NCBI GenBank assembly: GCA_965153285.1
Contig: OZ229112.1
Direction: 5' to 3' (one strand)
Length of the DNA: 64,000 bases
Source of the DNA: Podarcis tiliguerta
Lineage: Eukaryota
In this document: positions 1 to 10,996 of the stretch, one piece after another
How the letters are laid out: every line of letters begins with the position of its first letter
How positions within the stretch are numbered: position 1 is the first letter of the stretch
Position numbers and translations under genes: made by a program
The notes under the pieces: generated by a model
Seen by the model: only the letters and a program-made list of their open reading frames with translations
The model's database searches: none
Told to the model about the DNA's origin: nothing

Positions 1-610
1 CTAAGCAGTGGGTGGGCAGATCTGGAATGACTGCAGGGCTCATTCATTAATTATTGGTAGGTGGTTGTCCTTTATTTTGAGCAACAAGTACCAAAGGAAA
101 TGATGGGAGGGAGGGAGGGGGAGGTGCAAGGCTGCCTCTCCATATAGGTAGCATTCACACAAGGCGTTTTACTATGGAGGTCTGCTAGTTTGCCTGCTGC
201 TCTGAGTTGCACGTCACTTTGTGGAGCCTGGGGAGAGAGGGGGCTCTCTCTGCAGAGCCTGAGGAACCCGTCAAGTGAACTCTGGGAAGGGTATTGCCTG
301 TCTTTTGGCAGGTGACTTGGGATTTGCCGCTGTCCTCTGTTGACAGATGCTGGAAGGCAACTGCGTTGCTAAGAGGACAAAGAGGTGCGCTTATTGGAAA
401 GCGGTGGTGGTGGCTGGTGGGGAAACCGCTGGAGAGAAACTACAGGGGCGCTTTGTGCTTACTGTCAGATCTTTCCGTTTCTTCAATAAAAGCCAGCCCT
501 CGGGGGAAAAGCACAGGCTGCAAAGTCTCTGTAGTGGTAATGCCGACAACTTCATTGAGAGGGCTCCCTTGTGTGGTGCCGCTCTTTGAACATCAGCACA
601 GCGACAGGAA

Positions 611-698
611 GGGCTGTAGCTCAGGGGAAGAGCATCTGGTCTGCATGCAAAAGCCGCCGTTTCAAACCCTGGCATGCCCAGGAAGAGCAGGGAAAGGA
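611..698 (+). mobile_element. tRNA-Ala-like SINE head fragment
   Basis: GGGCTGTAGCTCAG..AGAGCATCTG..TGCATGCAAAAG..TTCAAACCCTGGCA; same head as the full copy at 35590. Confidence 0.65.
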
Positions 699-1070
699 TC
701 TTTTCTAAAGTCAGATAATAATGAGGCAGGTGAACCAGTGTTCTCTGCAGGCAGGAAACGACCACCCGTGCACCGTGCTCAAGGCTTTGGCCAAAGAAAG
801 TAAGGGGCCTGTGGATCAAAACTTAATTTCGCCTTCGAGCAAAACTGGACGTTCCTTAGGCAACTGCCTTGGGCAGCACTTTGTAAAGGATAAAAAGCTT
901 GCTAAAGCAGCAGGCCTGCTTGCTACCTGCTGGCTGAAATGAACAGCCCAACCCTATGGGGAGGCAAATCAGGAACAAACAACATGCCCCATTGTCAATG
1001 GGAACTGGCACACGCTGCATAATGGAGACTATGAGTCAGCAGATCTAGGCTCTGCCCCTGGTGAGCCTTT

Positions 1071-1202
1071 AATCATAGAGTTGGAAGGGAACACGAGGGT
1101 CATCTAGTCCAACCCTCTGCAATGCAGGAATCTTTCCCCCCGACATGGTTGTTCGAACTCATGACCCTGGGATTTAGAGTCTCATGCTCTGTCAACTGAG
1201 CT
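1071..1202 (-). mobile_element. tRNA-Lys-derived SINE with CR1-like 3' tail (P.s.1/SINE-like)
   Basis: Reverse complement matches the copy at 10997-11142: AGCTCAGTTG..AGAGCATGAGACT..GTTCGA head and TTGGACTAGATGACC..TTCCAACTCTATGAT tail. Confidence 0.8.
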
Positions 1203-1260
1203 GCAGAGGCAATCTTATGCCTGCCAAGGGCTACATTTGCTTGGGGGTATATCCCTTTCT

Positions 1261-1337
1261 GTGGAAGACAGGAGTGTCTGGCGTGCTCAGGTCCATGGGG
1301 TCACGAAGAGTCGGACACGACGACTAAGCAACAACAA
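1261..1337 (+). mobile_element. RTE/BovB LINE 3' terminal stub
   Basis: TGGCGTGCT..GTCCATGGGGTCACGAAGAGTCGGACACGAC..(CAA)n tail typical of the BovB 3' end; degenerate flanking duplication ATATCCCTTTCTG / ATACCCTTTCCTG. Confidence 0.8.
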
Positions 1338-2520
1338 ATACCCTTTCCTGTTGGGATAGCACCAGATCACTCCCCCCTTTATTTTGTTTTTACGGAGCAT
1401 TCAATTGCGATGCACTCCAAAAACGGGCTTGCCATTTCTTTAGCTGTTTGTGAGAACTAGGTCCTTAGGGAGACATGCAGCTGTCATTAGTATAAGGGTG
1501 TTGAGAGCTGGCTTAGTGTAAGTGGATAGGAACGGTAAGCTATGAATTAAAATTGTACCCCAGCCACAATCTCTCTGGGGCACTTCAGGTGAAACACTGT
1601 TCTGTCAACATCATGCCCCCTCTCCCCCCTCCCCATGAGATAATGCGAAGGCATTCGGAGTGTGCAATAAGTGCCAGATAAATTATTGTTCTTAGCAATC
1701 GGTCTGCTCAACTGCCAGAACTGCTCTGAGCTCCTCTGAGATGAAAGGGGCTCTAGAATTTTTAAGTTGGCCTGATTATATTCCTGCTGCACAGCACATA
1801 AATAAGCCATTCAGCTCTGCAGCTCTTGCTTCTTCGGGTATCAAAGTTTCTTGAGGGCAGAGAATATTTTTTTTGTAATTCTTATCAGTTAGCCATCAGA
1901 GGCATCGACTCATTTCCATTTATAAACAGGAGGGATGACCTAAAATGGGATTACATTTCCATCTGTTTATACGAGATGTTCAGGGATTTTTCTGTTTTTT
2001 TTTTTAAAAAAGGACTCCCACCCTGCTCAACGGAGCAGATGTTTTGCGCAGAGAAGAACGGATATTCTGGAGTCAAACCCTGCTCCCTTCTCCTTAAATG
2101 TCCTCAAAGTTTCCTGACTTCACATACAGAGTTTTCCCCTGTGGTGTTTCCCAAGGCCTCTTGAGAGCTGCTTTCCCTCCGTTTTAAGAGTCTCCTGTGT
2201 AAAAATGCATCACTGCGGTGCAAGGACAGTGTAATGCCTGCTCCTGCGATGTTATGGAATTGTGGGTAAGTGAAAGGAGGAGTGTAGAAGGGTGGGAAAG
2301 AGCAAAGGAATTTAAAAAGCCAGTTGCTGACAACCTGAAGACTCTAAAGAGAGTCTTGAAGGAAGCAAATGGATAGACAAGGCTTCAGAAAGAAGAGGAA
2401 AAAGTGGAAGTGACAGACTGAAATGAATGATGACAAGAAGCTTCTATTCAACCGGCAACTATTAAGCTGACACCATTGCTACTTAGCCAACAATGGTTTG
2501 GGCTTGGATTATTCTTTATT

Positions 2521-3028
2521 CAGAGCCTGCTCAAGGCATTTTGCTACCTGAGGTGAAGGACAAGGTTCTTTCCCCTACTCCACCGTATTCCATATACAGT
2601 GGTACCTCAGGTTACAGATGCTTCGGGTTACAAACGCTTCAGGTTACAGACTCTGCTAACCTGGAAGTAGTACCTCGGGTTAAAATTTTTACTTCAGGAT
2701 GAGAACAGAAATTGTGCAGCAGCGGCGCAGCAGGAGGCCCCATTAGCCAAAGTGGTACCTCAGGTTAAGAACAGTTTCAGGTTAAGAACGGACCTCCGGA
2801 ACGAATTAAGTTCTTAACCAGAGGTACCACTGTACAGATGCGGACTGACCTAGCAGTTTTATCTTATTTCAACACTCATGATGGGACAAGATCCTCCATT
2901 GCACCAGTGAGCAGCAGGCTAACATAAGGGATGGGGCAGGTTAGACTATGTAGTACCTCACCACCACTCCCCATCATCTGCCACCTGAGGCAGCCACCTC
3001 ACTCTATCTAATAGAAGGGCCGGCACTG
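2521..3028 (-). mobile_element. degenerate hAT-like non-autonomous element (host of the MITE at 2597)
   Basis: Ends CAGAGCC..GGCACTG; CCTGAGGC motifs shared in opposite orientation with the element at 22991-23283. Confidence 0.5.
2597..2832 (+). mobile_element. Tc1/mariner (Tigger/pogo-like) MITE, family A
   Basis: TA-flanked; TIRs CAGTGGTACCTC..GAGGTACCACTG; three more copies in the window. Confidence 0.9.
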
Positions 3029-3854
3029 TGTCGATTTTTAAATGGTTGGGTTAGCTGTGTTTAATATATAAAACGAAGACAATATTGTTTATTGTGTTCA
3101 CTGTGACCCCCAGACTGCCTCTCCTTGTCCATTGCTGTGTGCAATTACCATGGTAGTTTCTGTTATGTTAATAACCCTGCATTTCTCTTGCACACAACCT
3201 TCATTTGAAATGAACTGCAGCTGTACAAGAGCATATCTTTGGTTGCTCAGAGAAAATGTAGCCATGGAAGTGGTTGGGCACTTTTGCAGCTGGCTAGCCA
3301 GAGAGGACTATATTTAGTTGTTCTCCATCTTCCTTATAGCTTCCTTTGCTTATTTTGAAAACTGTAATTGCATCCTTCCCAAGCACTTAATATTCTTGCC
3401 TTTTAAGAACCATCTCCTCAGTTGACACGAATTTTCTCGGGAGTTGTTTATGCTCCAGGTACAGCTATTTCTCCACTGACCTTTACATTTCAAACTACGC
3501 ACTAAACTCACAGGTGGATTCAAGAAGCAGCGCATATCCCCGATGATTCCTGCAACGGAATGAAATCAATTCTGCATCAACTTTCAGCTATCGTCCAAAG
3601 CTAGAGGGATTTGTGCTTATTTGCATGCTATTTCTCTCCAATGCAATGCAAACAATGCAGCTTATCTACTTTGAATTTTAAGATGGTAACAATCTGGGTC
3701 AGAAATTCAGGTGGTTGAAATGATTGGGAAAAGCCAAACGCTTACGCAGCTCACTTTCCGTTGCCAAGCAGAGTTTGCCAGTTTACAGCCCACATTTTCC
3801 TACACAACAAAAGCAGCTACTATGAAGGAGCTGGGTTGTGTGGAATGCCTACAA

Positions 3855-3992
3855 CAGGTGTGGGGAACCTGTGGCCCTCCAGATGTTGCTGAACTATAAC
3901 TCCCACCATCCTTTACCATTGGCCAAGCTGGCTGGGGCTAATGGGAGTTGCAGTTCAGCAACATCTGGAGGGTCAAAGGTTTCCCACACCTG
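3855..3992. mobile_element. hAT (Charlie-like) hairpin MITE
   Basis: Near-palindromic: CAGGTGTGGGGAACCT..AGGTTTCCCACACCTG with internal AACTCCCA/TGGGAGTT arms; flanks CCTACAA / CCTATAA. Confidence 0.8.
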
Positions 3993-4224
3993 CCTATAAC
4001 AAGCAGGGATTTCTTGTCACATGACCACAAGGACCATCAGTAGGAGCAGCTAAGCCTGAGTGGGAGAAATGAGATTTTATTTATTTATTTGGGTGCACCC
4101 TTTGTGGTGGAGTTAAATGAGATTTTATATATATTCATACAGGTTATTTATTTAGTTATTTAGGCAACACTAATTACCAGAGTTTCTATAAGTGTTCTGC
4201 TTTTGAAAGGAAGGGTTAAGCCAT

Positions 4225-4355
4225 CCACCAACCAACATGGTGCCCTCCAGGTGGCTTGGACTACAACTCCCATAATTCCTCACCATTAGCTGTGCTGGCT
4301 AAGTCTGATGGGAGTTGTAGTCCAAAACGTCTGGAAGACACCAGGATGGGAATTT
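4225..4355. mobile_element. hAT-like hairpin MITE, degenerate
   Basis: GGACTACAACTCCCAT..ATGGGAGTTGTAGTCC inverted arms. Confidence 0.7.
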
Positions 4356-4582
4356 AGGGGGTGGGTAGACACTGCTTTTAAACCACAAGAACGGAGCTAT
4401 CACATTGCACTGATGTTTTTTGTGCGCAGGCATCTGCTGTGCCTGCTTCCCTGTGCTGTTGAGTCAGCCGTTTACCCCAGTCTGCTGCGAGGATGTGCAG
4501 GTTGAGGAATCAGAACAGAGTTCCAAACTGCTGCCATGTGGCTTTCTGGACTGGGTCTACTGAGCTAGCACATCTTTAAGAC

Positions 4583-4717
4583 CTTGGAGGTCTTTAAGCA
4601 GAGGCTTGACAACCATATGTCAGGAGTGCTCTGATGGTGCTTCCTGCTTGGCAGGGGGTTGGACTCGATGGCCCTTGTGGTCTATTCCAACTCTATGATT
4701 CTATTCTATGATTCTAT
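4583..4717 (+). mobile_element. CR1 LINE 3' end, 5'-truncated, young subfamily
   Basis: Nearly identical to the 3' parts of 11414-11617 and 34366-34785; ends in the (ATTCTATG)n CR1 tail. Confidence 0.9.
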
Positions 4718-5878
4718 CTGGGTCCATTTTTAATGGCACATAACTGCAGATCTCTCGGTTTCATCAAAAGGAATTCTAAAGCAAGGATCAGCTGATGTGG
4801 GTTGAACTACATGTTACTTTGGGTAAATGTGTTTTCCAGGTAATGGAAATGAAGGGAAATTTGTGGGAGACAAATGGTAAGTGTGTGTGTGCGTGCGTTC
4901 CTGTATAGTAATCCCCGCTCCCCACAATTTCTCAGCCAGGTTGAGATTATTTCTAATCACAAAGACCACCTGGGGGGGAAGGATGAGAAAAAGAAGCTTG
5001 GAGGCTGAGCTTTTTTTCTCAGCTAGAACTCGCCAGAACTGAGTTCCGGCACCTTTCAGGTGGGTGTCATTGCCATTATAAGAGAACAAGCAAAGTGGGT
5101 TCCAGCAGCTCTTTTACTAGAAAAACAGCACTGCTTGGAGGAGTTGTGGGAAGAAAGTGGTGGATGGGGAAAGGTTACGCACTTTGCCCTACTGCCAGTT
5201 CTCTCCTGCAAATCTTATTCAGTTTTTGCATTGATATTAATGCAGCCAACAAGGACAACTTTGCATTTGCTGCAATGTGTGTGTTCCTGCCTTCAGAACA
5301 TCTCTCGGTATGCCATCATCGTTCAGACTCAATGCACGGAGCTTGCCATCAAGAGTAACACATTTTGTAGTTTGAGCACAGGCCAAAGATGGAGAGGAAC
5401 CGTCTTTTTTTGGGGGGGGGGAAAGGATGTGGATAACTGATGCACACAGTCGCACATTTTCAAATGGCTTTACTGCTAAAATAAATAAATAAAATTAAAC
5501 CACAAAGCGAGAACAAATGTGTGAAACTTACATGTTACACCATCTGTTATTATCTACATAATTAATGCTGTAAATGTTAAAAAACAACAACCCCCAAACC
5601 ATCACTGGTTGCTGTGAATCCTCTTTATCTCCTATTTTTCTCCACCAAAATGAATGGACACGGTCTAAATATTCCAAAGCAGTATGTTATGTTTTGATTA
5701 AAAGAGAGACACCAGGAGATGAAGCCCCTCTGAGGCTAGAACCCATGTTTCTTATGGAGGTTGCCTTGACAACAGCCTTGCCAGCCAAACTCTTTAAAAG
5801 GAGACTCCTATCACCACTGTGACGCACACAAATCAGCAACCCATTACCTCAACATATGGCAGCCATGTCATCAAACAA

Positions 5879-6028
5879 GAGGGACACCTGGGTTCAAGTC
5901 TACTGGGTGACCTTGACCAACCACCCTCTCTCACCCTAACCTATCTCCACAGAGTTCTGAGGATAGCATGAGGAACCATGTGTGCCACCCTGAACTCACT
6001 GGAGGAAAGACAGGGGATGAAAATGTAA
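5879..6028 (+). mobile_element. old MIR/Squam3-like CORE-SINE remnant
   Basis: GGGTTCAAGTC B-box, GGGTGACCTTG core, 3' end GGAGGAAAG..GGGAT..AAATGTAA like 57428-57475. Confidence 0.6.
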
Positions 6029-6030
6029 GG

Positions 6031-6082
6031 ATCGCATAGTACACAGTACTATCGCATAGTACACAGTACATAGTACATAGTA
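6031..6082. repeat. short tandem duplication (ATCGCATAGTACACAGTAC x2, then ATAGTAC decay)
   Basis: Direct repeat read from the sequence. Confidence 0.85.
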
Positions 6083-6589
6083 TGGTTGATGGCAAGGCAT
6101 GATGGGAGTTGTAGTCCAGCAAAACCTGTAGGGCCCAGGTTTACACTTATGCCTCTCCTCAACCCTTATCTCTCTCTCCCCCCTCTGGTCTTTCCTTTCT
6201 TCTTTGAGATTTGGCTTCTCCACATGATAAACCAGATGAGCCACTGGTTGCTTGGAAGCTGGATGTTAGCCACATGCCATATTTGAACTACCCATTATCT
6301 GCTACAGCATTTCGCCAAAGAACCACCAAGATCTCCAAAGCCATACTCATGCTTGTCTGACATGACAACATCTGACATGACGACTTCACATTGGGTGAGC
6401 GGGCTAAACCTCAGAGCTATCTACCAGTCTGTGGTGCAGTTTCCAGATGGTAAGGAGGGCTACAAATGGTGTAAGTACAAAACTGCTTTAGACAACATGC
6501 AAAATAGGTTAAGTGGAAACAGGGGTAGCATCTCCACCTTTCCAGCTGAGAAGAAAATGATAGAGTCAGTGACCAACTTGCATTCTCAC

Positions 6590-6702
6590 ATCCAAATCCA
6601 ACTTACTTCAACTAGACCTATTGAAATTGAAGGGTCTAAGTTAGTCAAGCCCATTAATTTCAGGAGGTCTACTCTGTGTATGAGCAGCTTCATATACAAC
6701 CC
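6590..6702. repeat. short palindromic squamate repeat (AGACCYATTGAAAT family)
   Basis: TAGACCTATTGAAATT..AATTTCAGGAGGTCTA inverted arms; relatives at 11296-11656 and 50761-50855. Confidence 0.55.
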
Positions 6703-7100
6703 CCTGAACATTAGGAAAGCCTTAGAGAGGAAAGAATATTTTACTCCCTTGCAGAAATCATTCCTGTTTTCCACCCCCTTTCTGTCATATAGATATAAAA
6801 TGCCCCGTTTATTTATTCTTGTATACCCTACACAACTGTACACAAGATGGCTTGATTGCATACAAGGTCAACGGAATTCAAATAAGATACAGGCAACATA
6901 CCATATTAAATAGCAAAAATCAGTGTTAAAACAACAGTAGTCATTCCAGAAGCCCAAGCATTTGGTCTGAACTTCTTCTTCTGGATCAGAGGCTGGAATT
7001 CATGCACGCACATGTGTGATGCTTATGCGCGGTTCCTTCCCATGACACAGTCCCTGGGAGCTCATGTGCTCAGCTGTATCTAAATCTTATTTGTCCTCAG

Positions 7101-7124
7101 AGTGTGCCGTTATCCACTGCAAGG
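7101..7124 (+). other. candidate 24-nt microexon (unverified)
   Basis: TCTAAATCTTATTTGTCCTCAG|AGTGTGCCGTTATCCACTGCAAGG|GTAAGA; length is a multiple of 3, no internal stop in any frame, repeat-free context. Confidence 0.25.
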
Positions 7125-7517
7125 GTAAGAGAATTAATCACATGCCCCAATGGCTGCTTAGTCAATTCCTTGATTAAAGTGTCATATTATTCAAACCGCA
7201 ATTGACTAGTGACGTACTGCATAAAACCATTTCGCCAGGTATAATTAAATCAAAGAGCCTGCTGGGATGGGGAAGCCTTCAATTAAATAGATTAAAAGTC
7301 TTCCCTACTCCAGCTCAAAAGCGCATTGCCCTTCTGAAATCTTGAGCCAGCGTGCCCAGAGCTAGGCTGGTTGTCAGCAGAAGCACAGTCATCATGTTTA
7401 AATTAGGTGTCTAAATCATTGATTCTCAGTGTGGAGTGGGGTTGGCTAAAGGAGGAACAAAAGCTTTCCCTTCACCCCTTAAAGTAGCCTTGGACAACCT
7501 GATGCCCTCCAAATGAC

Positions 7518-7585
7518 CATAGAATCTTAGAGCTGGAAGGGAACCAAGGGTCATCTAGTCCAACCCCCTGCAATGCAGAAATCTT
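7518..7585 (-). mobile_element. CR1-like 3' tail of the tRNA-Lys SINE
   Basis: CATAGAATC..GGAAGGGAACCAAGGGTCATCTAGTCCAACCCCCTGCAATGCAG, as at 1071-1131. Confidence 0.75.
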
Positions 7586-7734
7586 GGCTCTCATCATCTC
7601 CAGTGCTGGGTGAGGACACAGAGGAACAGAGCAAGCTGCCTCACACTGGTCCCTCTGCAGGGCCATTCATTTCCTTCCTTCCTTTCTGCATTCATGCCCT
7701 GTCTTTATCCCAAGTTGGTGTTCTCTTCCAGCCT

Positions 7735-7805
7735 AACCTGGAGATGCCAGGAGTTGAACTGGAGATCTTCTGCTTGCAAGGCAGATTCTCTGCCACTGAG
7801 CTATG
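7735..7805 (-). mobile_element. tRNA-Ala-like SINE head
   Basis: Reverse complement reads ATAGCTCAGTGGCAGAG..CTGCCTTGCAAGCAGAAG..TTCAACTCCTGGCATCTCC. Confidence 0.7.
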
Positions 7806-8068
7806 ACTCTTCTTTTGGGGCTGATGGGAGTTGCAGTCCAATGACATCTGGAGGGCACAAGGTTGGCAAAGGCTGCCTTACAGGCACAGCCTTGATTGGC
7901 CAGTAACCATAACCTACAAGACTAACTGCTACATCTCTTTTACTGATAATCAACAGAGGGTGATGGATAGAGGGGGACTTATTCGGTTCCAAACTTTAGC
8001 AGGATGACTAATGGTGATCAAACAGCCAGTTCCCTTCTTGTTGACGTTCTGGGAATCCTTCCCTAAGG

Positions 8069-8201
8069 CAGCGTTCTTCAATCTTAGGTCTCCAGATGTT
8101 GCCAGACTACAGCTCCCACCATTCCCAGGCAGCTTAACCAATAGTAAGGAGAGATGGGAATTGTCCTGCAACATCTGGAAAGCCATGCTTGAAGAATACT
8201 G
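8069..8201. mobile_element. hAT-like hairpin MITE, degenerate
   Basis: CAGCGTTCTTCAA..TTGAAGAATACTG ends; TCCAGATGTTG/CAACATCTGGA arms. Confidence 0.65.
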
Positions 8202-8599
8202 TTCTCAATCTTGGTACATGCAGCAATAGCTCTTCTTCTATGAATGTGCCTTTTGCCTTCACACTCTGACACACGGATTCTGTGCATCTGATTCTCTGTA
8301 CTACACAGCTTCCATCCGCATCAATATTAATGCCCAAAGAAAACCAGAGCGGATTAAAAAATCTGATTTAATATTTATTATTTTGATTTTTTGTTTAATA
8401 TCAGATTTTGCATTTTAAATTAGATTCCTTCAATTCAAATCTTAAAATAAAAATAAAAATTACATTAACGTAACAGAATAGTAAGTCCCACTATGCTCAA
8501 TGGGGCTTACTCATTAATGTAAGTAAATTGGAGTTTTGTGCAGGGAAACAAATCACTGGGTGAATACATCCTTTGGTGTGCACTCCTTCTCTGGTGTGG

Positions 8600-8894
8600 A
8601 CATCAAGGTAAGAAAGCAGATGGAGCCAGCTTATTTTCTCCTGCTCTGGAGGGTTAGGACTCAAACCAATGGCTTCAAGTTGCAAGAAAGGAGATTCCGA
8701 CTAAATGTCAGGAAAAACTTTCTGATAGTAAGAGCTGTTCCACATTGGAACACTCTTCCTTGGGAGGTTGTGGACTCTGCTTCCTTGGAGAATTTTAAGC
8801 AGAGGTTAGATGGCCATCTGTCATGGATGCTTTAGTTTAGATTCCAACATCGCAGGGGCTTGGACTACAACTCCTACAATTCAATGATTCTATG
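8600..8894 (+). mobile_element. CR1 LINE 3' fragment (older subfamily)
   Basis: ORF2 C-terminus RTQTNGFKLQERRFRLNVRKNFLIVRAVPHWNTLPWEVVDSASLENFKQRLDGHLSWML*, followed by an ATGATTCTATGA tail. Confidence 0.9.
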
Positions 8895-10996
8895 AAAACA
8901 GCTTGAAATGCAGCAGCAGGGAAACAGCGGTGCTTCAAGCCACTGATGTGTACATTGAGCTGGAATCCATGAAAGCTGTGGAAGGGGATTCAGGGGGGCT
9001 TATGCTATGCCAGAGCAATTTTAGCCCCCCTCCTTTAACTGGCGTGCTCCCCTGCCCCACAGCAAGATGTAAAAAACTACTTATGAAACTCCTCTCAGTT
9101 TCAAAAGCACTTTGCCATGTAGTATTTGAGGGCTGCTTTTGAAGGGGGGGGGGGGAAACAAACCTAACTACCTCTTAGCATTACAGAATATGTTTTATGA
9201 CTTTCCTGGATCCTGGCCTTAATCCTCAAATAAGTGGCTTTCTTCCTGTGTCCTTGCACGTGTATGGAAGGAGCAAAAACAAACCGCCACTAATTTTACA
9301 ACTGCCCTTTTGACTCTAAGCAATTATATTCCTCCAATGCCAAGGCGTGTGGGCTGCTCGAAAAGAGGTTTTGGAGCGCGCTCCTAGGTAATATTAAAAA
9401 AGGCTTGATTCAGTTGAAAACTAATATGCCTCAAATGTCTTGGCAACTAATAAGCAAGCATGCTTGTTCAGGAAATGTTTGCGAATTACAAAAGGGGAAA
9501 GCTGATTTAAATTAGTGATTTAAATCTGCTCTGGATTTCCTTTTCTCGATAACTGAACCTGCCTTTATTTGAATCAACCCACCCTGCAGGAAGCTGCATG
9601 GCCAGCGTGCCTAATGCGGGCCACATGGAGCCAGAACACGGAAGCCCCTTTTACAACACAGTTTATTTAGGGTGGGTTGCGTTTCTCCCCGCAGAGAAGG
9701 GGGCTTACCAGCGGGCACTTTGCCCAGAGATGCCTTAAATCTGGAGCTAGCCCTGCACGAGCCCTTGGCATATTCCTGGCATTTTTGGCCATGCCCAACA
9801 CAGAGCGCCTACCACTAAGGGCAGGCAACTCCCAATTTACATGGGGGTTATGTTGCAAGACACCGCATGTTTGAGTGACATAGTGTATATTTGAAACACC
9901 ACTGAAAAAGCCTGCAAACACCCCATTCCACCCCTTTTTGTGATGTTTTTGTGTCACTTCTGGGTTCGGCGCAATGCGTGTGTGTACGACCGTGCACCTA
10001 TCGGCTGTGCCTAAAATGGTCGCCGCCTTTGACGTTGCAAAGTCCTGCCTTCTGCTCACAGTTTGCTGGTTCCCACACCGCTTTATATCTCACTCCTTGC
10101 TATTTGACCTGAAGATTGCTGTAAGTGTTTATTTGTTTAACGGCATTAATTAAGGTTACGCTGCGATCACAGTGCAATGTTTCTTCTTAAAAAAAGGAAA
10201 GGAAAAAAAACCAGTAAGATGAGGAATCCAGCATTGGCAAAGCAATTAGAAGACTCTGGTCCATATAAGGTGATCAGGATCCATGGGCATACATCAGACG
10301 CACATTTCAACAATGTACAGGGCATACACCCCTGAGTGTGGCTGCTGTCCATCTACGCTGCATTCAGTGCACAGGCTCCTGGAACATGCATTCAATTGAG
10401 AATTCCCATCCACATTTTTGCACAATCAATCATGTGTAAAAATGTCCTTTTGTGAAACCAGAGATGGATCGGGGTGCAAATGGTGATTAAAACCGAACCA
10501 AACCTATTTCTTTCATAAGCATCCTCACTAAAAACGGAGAAGAGAAAAAACCTACACCAAAATCTAAGGAGAAAATCTGGCAGACTACACACCATCAGCT
10601 TTGTGAAGTGCAAAGACACTCTTACAGGGTGAGACATTTCTTTGCTCTGGTACTGACTAGGAAGGGAGGCTGGAGGAATTTGATCTTTGTAAGTTCCAAC
10701 AGGAACTGATCTGATCTGCAATTCCTGGATTAATGTGAGCCCCAGAGCCCATTTATCAAATGGCCTTTGCACTTCTGAAGTGTTTTCAACACAGTTCCTG
10801 GTTTCAAATATATCATACTTAAGAGAAAACACATTTTAGGAGTATGTATTTTGAGAGAAAATAGGTTTAGGAATGTGTATTCTGATATAGAATACATTTA
10901 AAAACATGTATTTAAGTGTGAACCTATGTGCAGATTAGTAAGAATAATAACAGCAGATGAATAGCCATTGTGGCTAACAGACACCAACAACACTTT

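Larger units (their letters stand above)
7485..7875. mobile_element. hAT hairpin MITE split by two SINE fragments
   Basis: TIR-like ends TAGCCTTGGACAACCT / AGGTTGGCAAAGGCTG; 8-bp TSD CCTTAAAG / CCTTACAG; inserts at 7518-7585 and 7735-7805. Confidence 0.7.

Noticed and set aside
294-803. 169-aa ORF
   Set aside because: Non-ATG start, runs through a SINE head, no recognisable domain
3512-3549. Minus-strand 38-nt exon-like segment reading NHRGYALLLEST, reminiscent of the glutamate-receptor YAxLxEST motif
   Set aside because: The similarity does not extend on either side, a stop follows within a few codons, and the real receptor exon is much longer; likely chance
6353-6913. Longest ORF (186 aa)
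   Set aside because: Crosses a tandem duplication, a palindromic repeat and a LINE-tail remnant; no protein-like homology
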